DNA from: Chrysemys picta bellii
Lineage: Eukaryota
Direction of reading: 5' to 3'
Assembly (NCBI RefSeq): GCF_011386835.1
Contig: NC_088800.1
Span: 27,156,001-27,220,000, forward strand
Length of the DNA: 64,000 bases
Part shown: piece after piece, positions 18,851 to 31,483 of the stretch
Layout: the number at the start of each line of letters is the position of its first letter
How positions within the stretch are numbered: position 1 is the stretch's first letter
Notes under the pieces: generated by a model
The model's database searches: none
The model's input: the letters and a program-made list of their open reading frames with translations, nothing else
Told to the model about the DNA's origin: nothing
Translations under genes and position numbers: made by a program

Positions 18851-20971
18851 TTTGTATTAATCTTTGCAGACAGCTTTTCTAATAAAAAAAATTCATATAT
18901 GACTCACTGTGGAAAGGATGTGGATAGACAAATTACCGCAGAGAAAGGGGGCTTAGTCCGGGGGGGGGGGAGGAGAGGACCAGTAACCTCAGTCTGACGC
19001 ACAATAAAAAATTCTTGAAGATACTGTTTCAATGGCCCTTCAAACCAACCAGGCTAAAAGATATGTTCCGTTCAGTCCTTAGAGAGTATTTGGATGCAAT
19101 CCACAACCAAATATCACAAATTGTTGGGTATTTATTACCAAAACGATCTCTCGGTAATCTTTCTAGTGGAAATGGTCACACAAGAGGAAATGAAGAATTA
19201 ATCTCATCTGGTAGTAACTGCTTGGCTATTGGTAGCCTCTCACTGGAAAAAGAAACAGTCTAACCATAGAGGAATGGTTTAAAAAAAAAAAAAAAAAAAA
19301 AAAGGAGGTTGTAGTTATGGAAAAATTAACATAACTATGTATCCAATAAGAGACAGAAGACAGATAGATACATAGATATAGGGTTACTTTTTATTCAATA
19401 TTCAAAGTACATCCCCCTGCAAAAAACCCAGCACGCCTATCCAGTTTTTTTAACATTTGATAGACACGCCTGACCTGTTAAACATGTATATTGAGATTTC
19501 ACTCAATTTAATAAAAATCAGTAGAAATGGCATATTACAGGTGTTTTAATGATGCTCACTCTGTAATACAACACCCTATTAAACAGAAATATCTGATGAC
19601 TATACTCCTGTATGTCTCATTAAACAAAAATTAACTGTTTTAATAATTGTTTTGTTTCTGATATTTACATGGCCAGGACTTGTCAACTTGTTAAAAATTC
19701 CTAAATAGTTAAAAATAGTAGCTTGGTCAGATGCTTGTGAATATTTAAAGAAAACAAAAAAACCCCACAATGAGAACATTTTATAGTTGTGGGAATGCAA
19801 AAAATGCTTTTCATAACTACAGTTAACTTATTTTGTGTATTTTAGACATGATGTAATTAATAAGCTCTTGTGGAACCATGGACACTAACAAGCCTGGGTT
19901 TGCACAGCTGGAATTTTTAATGAGACATAATAAGTCTATAAAAATTTACATTTACACAAAGCGTAGACACAGTATTGGGAAAGTGAGGTTAGAGTCTTAT
20001 TTCTCAGGCTGGGCATGTAACATCCAACACTGGTAAGATATCCAAAAATAAGAGATGCCATACAGACTTATCAGTTCCAAACTATTCATCTTGTAAAACT
20101 AACGTATCCAGTGTGTTCCAAACAGCTCAAACCTAACATTTCCTAAAGGATCAATTATACAAATAAGCAATATGGGGCAGCCAAAGCAGCAGCTGTTATT
20201 TTTTGGCAACTCAAGAACAATTGTTTTAAACTAATATGCTTAACATTTCCAATTTTTAACGTTCCTGAAAATGAAGTTGAACCAACAATCCTAACTCCAG
20301 GCCATGCAGGGCACCATTTAACACAAACATCTACTACTTCCCTTGAAATAGAGGACACTGCTGCCAAATACCACAAGCTGCAGTGAAAGATAACAAGGCC
20401 AAGTTTTTCCATTAGTGATCAGCAAGCTTTCACATATACTACAGTGAGAACAAGGAACAGCCACCTATTGAATTCAATGTTGGATACCAAACAAGATTAA
20501 CTAATTCACATGCCTTGCTCATATTCAGAAGTTTCTAGCAAATCAAATTCTAAATTTCATCCTCTCCTCTGCTTCAACTTCCAATTTGATTCCACTCACT
20601 AGCCATGTCCCTGTTCTCAATTACAAGTGACTTCACCCATTCCTCTTCCTCTACTTCTATAGAAGTTTGTTTCCCAATAAGCCTAAGCCTTGAAAATAAA
20701 TCTATGTTCTAAATAACTTAACTTAACTGTATTCTATGTTTATTCAGTTAGAATCTGTTTCTAATATAAAAATAATATGTTCATGTAAATATTTTGGTGA
20801 TAAAAAATGAAAGCCTCAAAAAACTATTTTCCGGGGAGGGAGGGAGGAGAGGGAATAGAATAAAAAGGTTTTTTCCACAATCCTGAATTTGAACTAAAAG
20901 TTTTCTTTTCACAATAAATTTTGATTAATGTTGTTATAGCAATATTTCTAGTTACTTCTAAAAAAATTTGA

Positions 20972-21022
<51 letters not shown>

Positions 21023-22597
21023 AAGAACTACAGGTTAAATTGATATTTTCATATTTTATTTCGCATACTATCTGATTAGTTTGTGAGGATTGAAGACTAT
21101 CAGAAATTCTTTATCTTCAAACAGGAAATTTTCCTACCACTGACTTTCTAAGTAAAGGGATAGAAGTTATTAACTTGTGAATTTTAGTGTTTATTTTATT
21201 TCAAATACAGTTTGGTCATTCAGGGAATTAAATGGACAAGTCCAAGTTAACATTAAAAAAAAAAAATCAAGAGAATTACAGTAGTACTGATAAAACTACC
21301 CAAGTTACTGAGAACACAATTTTGTAAATAAAATCCACAGCATAGTGAAAGTTGAAATTTAAATTTCATCTATGCTGATTAACTGATTGACCAAAGAAGT
21401 TATAGGAACTAGGAAGTAAAGGGTATGGTCCAAGAAGACAAAAAAGCAGCACTGCAGCAGTGTGTCATCAGAAGTATGAAGATACAGTCTTCGTGTCAGA
21501 CTTGTCTAAAGAAAAAGCCTTTGAGTATATTAGAGAACAAACCAAGCATGACCTTATCTGTAGCACAAGACTTACACTTTCTGGTCACAAAATGGATATG
21601 AGAACAGGAAAGTATGGTAGGTTATCCATTTAACATTCAGATACTCTAGAATTAAGTGAGGTATGATCACTTAGATTGAAAGAATGTTGCAACTAGTTTT
21701 CTCCATCCATTAGACATTTGTTGACCTCCAATATTATTCAACTGCTGTTTTACAGTAACAATACAGGCTCTTTTCTGCAGAGGGAGCTAGTTGCCTATCC
21801 ACATGGATGAACAGACTTTCCTTGTCAGGTGGTAAATGGTATTTCTCCAATGGAGAAAGTCATTCTCTAGAAAGATTTTCTCTTGTGTCACACTTGAGCA
21901 GGCATAAAACACTATTGGAATAGCAGATTTTTGTAGCTCCAATGAAAGTTATCATGAAGACTGTTAAATTTCTCCACATGACATGACATAGTAAAGTGCT
22001 TTCAGGAAATACTTAGACACTGAAAATTAAGACACATGGCTGAAATGAAACTGGTCAGAGTCTCAGTGAAATTTAAAGACAAATCATCTAGGAAGGGCAA
22101 GTACAGATATATTGTTTCAGTGTCTCTGCACACATCACTGCATTGGTTTATACTCTGTTCAGATTTCCAAGTTATTTGTATCCGTAAGAGCTGGAAGCCA
22201 CAGATCCTGGAGTACAAATCTATGGCAAGATGTGAATTCTATGGCTGTAGAGTGTTGTATAATACAAGGAGCCTTGCTTATAGTTTATTCAAAGCACTTC
22301 TGACACCTTTTTCATTTCATTGGTCACTCATACCTGGCCAAGTGTCTGCCCAGAGAATTAAGGTGCTGTTCTAAAGGAAAGCAATGAATAGGGGAATCTG
22401 TATGACTCAAATAGTTAGTGGCACATGATGTATTGATATTTACATAATTTCACATCATACATTATCAAACTGTGAAGAATCAGACCTACAATGTTGGAAA
22501 AATTTCAGTAAAGTCAACAGTTGATACTTTTCTTCCTTTCTCCTACTTAAAAATACTTGACTTCTGTAAGAGAGTACTCTAGTTATGGATTAATTAC

Positions 22598-22781
22598 CTG
22601 AAGGGGCTCCAACCCAAGCCAGACCAAGGACACCATCATCAAAATCACGGTCAGTAAATACATAGGCCAAGCAATAATCATCATGATTCTGTTCAGAGTT
22701 CAGTTCCAGAAACTTCTCCACACCAATATTAGGAAATCTGAAGGGATTGGAAGGGTCTCTCTCATCAACAGTTGTGTTGAT
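22598..22781 (-). CDS. ADAM10: ADAM10 exon 8
   Basis: 184 bp, AG/GT; [61 protein letters not shown]. Confidence 0.97.
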
Positions 22782-23392
22782 CTAAAAGTAAATTCAAATT
22801 TATACTGAATCAAACATTTCATTTTCGTCTGGCTAATACAAGGTTGCTAAGAAAGACTTCCTATTACCAACTCTGATGTCAAATAATAACATCAATATCT
22901 AAAGATTTATAGACACTACATATCAATTCATAATATCTGGAAAATACTGAGTCCTAAAGTGAACTTGTTTCATAAGACAACATAACTGCATTTATGCGGC
23001 AAATTACAACCTCCTTCCTCTTCCTTCAAATACTTCCTTCAGACAAACTTCATCCACAAGAATTAAAAAAAGCGTATTTATAACCTTAATTCTACATTTT
23101 TGAGATGAACTTTCATCTGGTTATTCAGTTGACAGCTATATCTACTTTAAATGCAAGTTCCTGGAGCAAAAAGATTGTATTATATCCTATAATATACACT
23201 GATGGCACATGCGACATCATAGCACACAAAGGTAAGAATGTTTAGATACAGCTAAAAACAAGAAAGATTTGTAAAAGTGTCATATAAAGTAAAACTGCAT
23301 GCTCACATTAAATCTCCAATATAAAACTAAGAGCAAGGTTTTAGTATTATGAGCTATACATAAATTCCATTCAGCTCATTGTACTGTGAAAG

Positions 23393-23507
23393 GTTTCAGA
23401 GTAGCAGCCGTGTTTGTCTGTATCCGCAAAAAGAGAAGGAGTACTTGTGGCACCTTAGAGACTAACAAATTTGTTAGTCTCTAAGGTGCCACAAGTACTC
23501 CTTTTCT
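23393..23507. mobile_element. 115-bp Penelope-like fold-back insertion
   Basis: 14-bp TSD TTGTACTGTGAAAG; contains a 68-bp perfect palindrome at 23436-23503. Confidence 0.8.
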
Positions 23508-24808
23508 TTGTACTGTGAAAGTCTCTCAAAGATATTTTTCTGAGCACAAACATGCACTAAGGCAGAAGCTGATGAGAGATTTTTTTTTTTTAAACTGAAC
23601 ACAACAAGATGTGCTACTATGCACAGAGCAATTTCATGTGTAACAATCTAAAAGTTGGAGGCCTAAAAGCAATTTACAGAAGGAAGTTTTTTTAAAAATT
23701 GCACTTTGGTCTTTTGCTTTTTTATAATGTATAAAGGCAGCCTTTTAATCTTTTATCTTTAAAATAAAGAGAGTCAGGTATAAAGTGATCCAGTCTGGTT
23801 TGACCTTCCCTATTTTTTCAGGAGGAACTTTTCAGGGGTCTGGTGTATTGTGAGTTACCTCACACCTTAACCAAAAAAGCTGAAGTGCTGACTCTTCAAA
23901 AAAAGACCTCCTTTCTCCCAAGCTGTTTATATATTAGTTACATAGATGTTACAAAGAAAAAAAAACCCAAGCCTATATTTTAACACTAGACTAAAATCCC
24001 TTCCTCGCAATTGCTCCCCCTTTTAGTTGGTCTCTTGTAGTGTCAGATATCCTTCCAAGGTAGATAAATACATTTTAAGGCCAAAAGAGACCAAGAAGAT
24101 CACTTAATCTAACTTCTTGCCTAAGAAGAGTCAGAGTTACACCTGTGCTGGAGGGAATTAACCCTCTCCTCCCACTACATAAACAAACCCTGTTTAAAAG
24201 ACCCACATTTCTAACTTTCGAAGCACACCACTTATCACACACATAGAATTTCAGGCTTTCTTTGTACATCAAAGCAACAAAAAGGGAACAAGCACAACAG
24301 TTTTCTCCTTTGCATGTCCCCTTTAACAACTAAATGATGTTTCTTTATATCAATGTACTGACTACATTTTCCCCACCAATGAAAGAACCATTTTAAGGAT
24401 AAACTGGACTTTAAAATTAGGAAGCAAATTTCTGCAGTGACCATTGGTTTAAAGCATCAAATATAAGCAGTTTTAAAAAATACTGTAACAGCCCCCAAGT
24501 AAACTCCTATATTTCTACTGTATTTCCTTTCCCATCACTGCTGATAACCAATATGAGAAGCTTTGTCCCTTAAATTAGTCCGCTATGTCAAACACTGAAC
24601 TGAAACATCACAAGGCTATAATAAAAGCCATGGCAATGTGAATATTAAGATTGCAAGAGCACTGAAGAAATTAGGTAGGAGGACAATTATAACAGACTGT
24701 TTTTAACATGAAAGTATCAAATTCAGCAGATAGTTTAAAAGAATTATTGTCATTTAACTAACATTCCTCACATTCAACAGATATGTCTGCAACAACAGAA
24801 TTACTTAC

Positions 24809-24901
24809 TCTTATTCGTTTCACCATGAAACTGATGTTACGGATTCCTGTGAAATCTGTTGACTGGTAAATTGTGTCAATTGCTTTAACATGACTGGATA
24901 T
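24809..24901 (-). CDS. ADAM10: ADAM10 exon 7
   Basis: 93 bp, AG/gtaagt; [31 protein letters not shown]. Confidence 0.97.
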
Positions 24902-25371
24902 CTATTAATCAGAAAGACAAGCTGAAGTGTTTACAGTCAAAAAATGTTTTCTACCTATTATGCTACACAAGAAAACTTCAATGCAAGCATCTTCACATGC
25001 AAATTAACTTTCACTCATATGTGATAGGCATTTTTAATAAAGTACCCATGATGAATAATCAGTGTACATCTACAGTAAATTACATAGTTCAGACCATAAC
25101 AATCTTAGATATCCCCTATTGCTAAATTAACTTTACTCACCCAATACAAATAACTGGAAACAGTTATGATATATTTGTTTGTGACAGCCATTTAATTCAC
25201 CCTAACATCAAAGTACTGTGAAAAGTATCCTCAAAGGATTGCATTATTTTAAAGAATGATATGCTGGAAGAGTTTTAGACAAAATTTAATTGTAAATTGT
25301 CACTGCATATTATTCTATTTTTACTAGAAAGCAAATATGAAAAATTTGCCTTCTTAAGAATACAGGATAAA

Positions 25372-26400
25372 GTTTTCAAAAGCACCTAAGTGACTTTAGG
25401 ATTAGAGTGACAAAGGGACTTAGGTGCCTAATTGCCACTTCAAGTGGGCTGATGTCCAATATTTAGGGATCAATGAGATCCTCAAAAAACCCCACTTCGC
25501 TGGCGTCTAACAATGAAGTCACCTAAATTCCCATGCACGTTCCTGCCAGTTGGCCTGCACAAAACCGCTTAAGTCTTGATGCTATCAAAGCAGCTTGATT
25601 CCCGCCCTCGCTTGCACCTAAACACCTGTGAACTTCTCAAACTAAGCGTTCCTCTGCCTATCTCACCTGGGAAGCCCAATCTATTAGGTGTGCTCAGAGC
25701 ACATCTAATCCGTGAAAAAAAAAAGACAGCTGGGGTTGACCAGATCAGGAATTTGGGGGAACGGGAAGGGTGGATGTGTGTCCAATAGTCCAATGGTTAG
25801 GGCACTCACTTGGGATGGGAGAGACCCATCTTCAAATCTCCACTCCGCCTGATTTGGAGCAAGCACTTGAATGCAGCTCTCCCACATTCCAGGTGAATGC
25901 CTTAACTCAATTTCTCCTGTTCAAACTGTTCCACTTTATATAAATAGATATTCATTGGACCAAAGATTGACTGTAAAGCCCAGTGCACAACTCCTCGAGA
26001 GGGTTCACAGCTATGAATGTTGAGCTGAAATAGGCATCTAACTCTGGGTTGGAGGGAAATGCCTAACTACCTTTATGTGGCAGGGCCTAAAGCCCACCCC
26101 TTTCCTTGGTATTTCCTACTGGCTAGCTTAGGCTGCTTCCCATTCCGCTTGTTGCCTTTTTCTGAATCCCATTCTTAGGCACCTAACTCTCACCATGCAT
26201 TGCCTAAATTGGGGCTAAGGATTCCTACCCAGCAGCTGGGCGCCTAAAAGTTTAAAAGTGTTGCAAAGCTTAAGTCCCTTTGTGGACTCGGGAGCCCAAG
26301 CCCCATTTTCAAAAAAAGAGACATAGGCTCTTAAGTCCTGCTGACTTTCAATTAGGTGCCTAATTATCTAACTCACTCTTGAAAATGGGACTAGGACACT
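25372..26400. repeat. Interspersed repeat rich in aggcaccta/taggtgcct motifs, with an internal pair of tRNA-like segments
   Basis: Recurrent motif in both orientations; ttttcaaaa / ttgaaaa ends; A/B-box-like segments at 25786-25906. Confidence 0.5.
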
Positions 26401-27338
26401 TCTGAAAACATTACCCATAATGAATTGTAGCGGTACAGTCTAATGAACTAATAATCTACATTAAATTAGATGCAAAAATGGGCTGTGAAGCTACATAACA
26501 CTTCACCTAGATTTTTCAGCAAACATAAGAGGAACCAAGAAAGTAAGTTTCCTGGCTAGGAATTCATTGAAATAAGTGAGGACTGTCTACTTTTAGTTTC
26601 TTCCTGCTGCTTCTCTGATCATCTACTGAACTTGCTGCTATAGGAGTAGGTCTTACTGGACACGTCTATACCGCTGCTGGGAACACGCGTCCTAGCACAG
26701 ACTCACTAAAACAGCAGTGTGGACGTTGTGGGACAGGCAGAGGGGCTCAGGCTAGTCACCCAAGTCCAAGTCCTCCTGACTCCTTGGGTTTGCGCTTGGG
26801 TGGCTAGCCTAAGCCACCACCTGTGCTGCTATGGCAACACTGCTTCAGCATGTTCGCGCAAGCAGAGCTAGTATGATCTGTCTACCCAGCCTAGAAGGCA
26901 TGCTCCCAGGTGCATTGCTGACATACCCACAGTCATTAACTGAAAGTGCTCAGAATTTACATTGTATAGCTTTCCTCTTGAAATGCTAACATATCATTTT
27001 TTCAGACTTTCATACAAATCTGACATCTCCAGAAGGAACTATTTTCTTAAACTATGAGCTTGGGGCCCGATTTTCACAGGTGCTAAACATCCACAACTCC
27101 CATTAAAGAGAGGTCCAAGCGCCTAGCACCTCTGAACATTGGGCACTTGGTACCCTTGTGGTGGGTCAATGAGAAAGCTGCCTTAATAATGCCAGGATGG
27201 CAGTAGCAGATGAAAAAGTGTATCCAGACCTGAACATGAAAAGCACCATGATAAAAATGCATTCATTTGTCTAGACTATTCCCCCTTAAAGAGAAAAAGA
27301 ACAGACTCCTGAAATAGTGACTAAAGGCTTACAAATAC

Positions 27339-27488
27339 CTGTGCAATCACAGCTTCCCTTGTTCCATAATGCTTATAGAATAGATGATCAGTCTGAATGT
27401 AGAGCTGACAAGTATTTTTTTCAGCTTGAGCTGCACGTTTTTTTCTTAAAAGCTCTGGACCATTGATGTTATGTTCTTTGTAGGGTTT
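27339..27488 (-). CDS. ADAM10: ADAM10 exon 6 (furin site, start of metalloprotease domain)
   Basis: 150 bp, AG/GT; [50 protein letters not shown]. Confidence 0.97.
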
Positions 27489-28097
27489 CTATATATATAT
27501 AGAAATTAGAAAGCAATGAAGCATTAATTTTGTACATATTCTTTTAAAATTAAGTAATTTAAAAACACTAATGCCTTTTACAGGAATGTAGTATTTTTAA
27601 GAGAAAAAACACATTAAGAGCTATATTATCCTATTTATTATATAAAAGTTTCTTAAACCTTGAACTTGGCTAGTCTTCAAATAGGTCATCTACTTCATAA
27701 GCACACTTTACTCATAACTCCTCTGTGAGCTTATCCCTGTAATTTGGAATATAGCCAACAAAAATAGAGAAGTTTTGGTACCATCGTAGAGGAATTCTGT
27801 GCTTCTAAAACCTAGTAAACCATAATAGAAAACTATGTAGCTCTTTGCAATGGTGGATAAACAACAAAATCCAATTTGTAGATATAAAAATCAATTCTAG
27901 AAGTGTTTCCTCACCACAACAAAAAGGTTGTTTCTTAGAGTAGTAATGATCTGAAGTGTTATTAACCTGAACAAGCTGAAACACTCCAATATGTGCTTGA
28001 ACGTGGAATGAAGTATTACCAAACAACAGCCAGAATAACGCATCCACTATTTCTGCCATTCAGAGCACTGATAGCTAACACATTTGCCTTAGCGAGC

Positions 28098-28727
28098 TAG
28101 GGCCCTACCAAATTCACGGCCATGAAAAATGCATCACGGACTGTGAAATCTCGTCTCCTCCCATTAAATCTAGTCTTTTGTGTGCTTTTACCCTATACTA
28201 TACAGATTTCACAGGGGAGACCAGTGTTTCTCAAACTGGGGGTCCTGATCCAAAAGGGAGTGATGGGGAGGCGCTCACAAGGTTATTTTACGGGGGTCGC
28301 GGTATTGCCACCCTTACTTCTGCACTGCCTTCGGAGCTGGGCAGCCTGCAAGCGGCAGCTGTTGTAATTGTACGGATCCTGACCCAAAAAAGAGTTATGG
28401 GGGCAGGGGGATCGCTAATGCTACCCTTACTTCTGCGTTGCTGCTGAAAGCAGCACTGCCTTCAGAGCTGAGCAGCTGGAGAGCAGCGACTACTGGTTGG
28501 GAGCCCAGCTCTGAAGGGAGAGCTGCCATCAGCAGCAGTGCAGAAGTAAGGGTGGCAGTAGCGAAACCCTCTCCCCCCCACCCCCACTCCTTTTTGGGTC
28601 AGGACCCCTACAATTACAACACCATGAAAGTTCAGATTTAAATAGCTGAAATCATGAAAGTTAGGATTTTTAAAATCCTATCACTGTGAATTTGACCCAA
28701 ATGGGCCGTGAATTTGGTAGGGCCCTA
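28098..28727. mobile_element. Non-autonomous DNA transposon (probably hAT), possibly composite
   Basis: 24-bp perfect TIR tagggccctaccaaattcacggcc at both ends; TSD not convincing; a second hAT-like terminus at about 28212. Confidence 0.75.
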
Positions 28728-30015
28728 TTTATAGCCCATCATCATCTAGTAGGTCATGTCTACACATGGCAGTTTTGGGGGGAAAGTCCTGCTGCTCCCA
28801 ACACTGGATCCATCTGCACTGGCTTAATTGCACTAGTGTTAGCAATTTCTTGAGCCACAATGTAAATAGGGTTTTGGCTGCCAGTGCTGTTTTCAGCAGA
28901 GTGTCATCTAACCACTAAAGGTAAATCTATTGGACAGCTCTGAAAATAGTCATGACAGTTGAAACTGTCCACACTAGGGATCAGGACATTCCTAACACTG
29001 GAAAGAAAGTTTTTAGCTAGAGACAAGACTTGGAGCAAATCCATAATGTAATAGATTATATGGTGGAATCTGAGATGGATACGGTCAGTTTTGGAAGACT
29101 CAATTTAGCGAGTTGACTTATTACCTAAGATAATTAAAATAAAGTTGAAAGTACTGTAGCATAAGGGACCGTGGGTGCAATTTTCAACATCTTAGTGACT
29201 TAGCACAATTCTCACTGATTTTCAGTAAGACTTTGGCTCCTAAAACACTAAAGCACTTTGCAAATCCCATCTGAGCAGGTCTGTTGACAGTAAAATTAAT
29301 TTAAGCCATTAGCATCTGAACTAGGTTTTACCCTTCAAGGACAGAAAATGAATGCAATTTGCTTTGTGGCCCTTTCCAGAATATGTAGGGAATGAAGGAA
29401 AGAGACTGTTTCAGGTGTAATTAGCTGTATTTACAAGATTTCCTCACTGAAAGCTCCAAAAATATATTAACATATAGGGTGGAATATATTAAAAGAAAAT
29501 TTTAGTGCTTATTAAAATGAGACACAAACCAGTCTAAACTAAGGTATAGTCCAATGGAAGAAAGAATGAGATGACAATAATAATGTTTTTAACAGTATAT
29601 GAACATGTAGTTTTACTGAGATTATGGTATTCACGTACTAGTTTACTCTGTGCTGTTGTTTTTACTGAGGGTGGAGTGAAGGTTCTTTTTAAAGAAGGCA
29701 ATGTTGTATTTAAGGAGTACAACCTTATCTAATTTTCAACCTTTTTTTCAGCTAAAAGGTTCTTGAAAGGTAACACTCAGATATGTATCTGCAGCCTTAA
29801 TAGTTTCATAATCAAGTTTTGTCTTTCGGAACTAATATGAAACTTGGCAGAGCAAAGGACTTGGAATTATTTTCTTTCTTCCTGAGATCTGCAGGAGTGG
29901 AAGCCCTCATCTGTGCATCTCCTAATATCCACTAAAGAGTATTTTGCCTTTGCTGAAGGCTAGGAGACGCTAAGATGGCTAGGAGAGGATTCCCTCCTCT
30001 GTGCACATTCTAAAA

Positions 30016-30351
30016 CAGGAGTAGGCAACCTATGGCACGTGTGCCGAAGGCGGCATGCGAGCTGACTTTCAGTGGCACTCACACTGCCCGGGTCCTGGCC
30101 ACTGGTCTGGGGGGGGGAGAGGGGGAGGGGGGAGGGGGGCCTCTGCATTTTAATTTAATTTTAAATGAAGCTTCTTAAACATTTAAAAAACCTTATTTAC
30201 TTTACATACAACAATAGTTTAGTTATATATTATAGACTTGTAGAAAGAGACCTTCTAAAACGTTAAAATGTATTACTGGCACGCGAAACCTTAAATTAGA
30301 GTGAATAAAAGAAGACTCAGCACACCATTTCTGAAAGGTTGCCGACCCCTG
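30016..30351. mobile_element. hAT-type MITE
   Basis: TIRs caggagtaggcaacc / ggttgccgacccctg; perfect 8-bp TSD TTCTAAAA. Confidence 0.92.
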
Positions 30352-31379
30352 TTCTAAAATATGTAGGCAGTGAGGGGAGAAATTAGGAGACTAAAAAGAT
30401 TACAAGAGTCAGCACAGAGGGGCAATTCTCCCCTTCTTCCTGTGGATCTCCCAAGGTTCTCATAAGGAACACCTAAACTCCTGTGCATCCTAGTAGAACT
30501 AAAGAAGTAGGGCTCCACATTGGTTAAATTTTAAGTGCCTTTCCACTCAAACTTCCATTGCCTGCTGCAGACATTCTGAGGCTCATTTTGATCCCACACC
30601 TATTCCACTCATGTTCCTTAATTTGCCCCTGGAAGGTGCTCAGATTCCATAGTGATGAATATAGTACAAAGAATCTACGTGTAACAAAATGAACTACGTG
30701 CAGACATAAGCAACTCCTGGGTCCACTGTGGCCTGTAATCAATAGATTGCTCTTCAAGAACCAACCTCTCTTCCCTCTCCCCAGAAACCTTAGGAAGCTG
30801 GTTAGTCTTCAGTGGGTTAAAGCTGAATTGCTAGTCACCAGACAAAAACCAAACAAATAGGCTCTTCAATGTGACCAACTTTTCTGTTCCAAGGTTGACA
30901 TGACTGTTTGCTTCTACACCACCTAAAATCTGCAAAGTCTGACTTGTAATTGGAACAATAGTCAATAAAAATAGTCAAATAACTAAGACCTTGAGATAAC
31001 ATCAACGCAGACCTCCGTTCTGTACCAAAAACATATTCTCAACTGAAACCCAAGTACCTGTGCACATATGCATCTTCATTGACCTGAACATAATATACCA
31101 ACCAGGATCTATACTATACCTGTGTTCAGGAATGTAGACTTTTGGGCCTAAATTTAAATAGCCTTTTGAATTATAAACAATTTAAAGACAGGAAAATGAT
31201 TTTTTCAGATACTTTTGTTAAGCTGGAGAAGTCCTCTGAAATTGTATGGGCAACTTTGACTGGAGGGCTGGTGAGGTGGGCCAGGAAAAGAGTGAAGGGA
31301 TACTGGGCACATGCAGAGGAACAATATCAATATTTAATTTTCATTTTATCAATACGATCCATTATACCATATGCTGTAC

Positions 31380-31483
31380 CTGTGCTGTTGGTTCCTCTAC
31401 ACCCGTCATTTGGTACTTCTGCATTCTTTCAAACACGGAATGATCTGCACAACCTCCTTGTGGTCCGTATTTATGAGGATACT
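31380..31483 (-). CDS. ADAM10: ADAM10 exon 5 (cysteine-switch region)
   Basis: 104 bp, attttag/gtacag; [35 protein letters not shown]. Confidence 0.96.

Noticed and set aside
25786-25850. tRNA gene
   Set aside because: B-box degenerate, no convincing cloverleaf, and embedded in an interspersed repeat.
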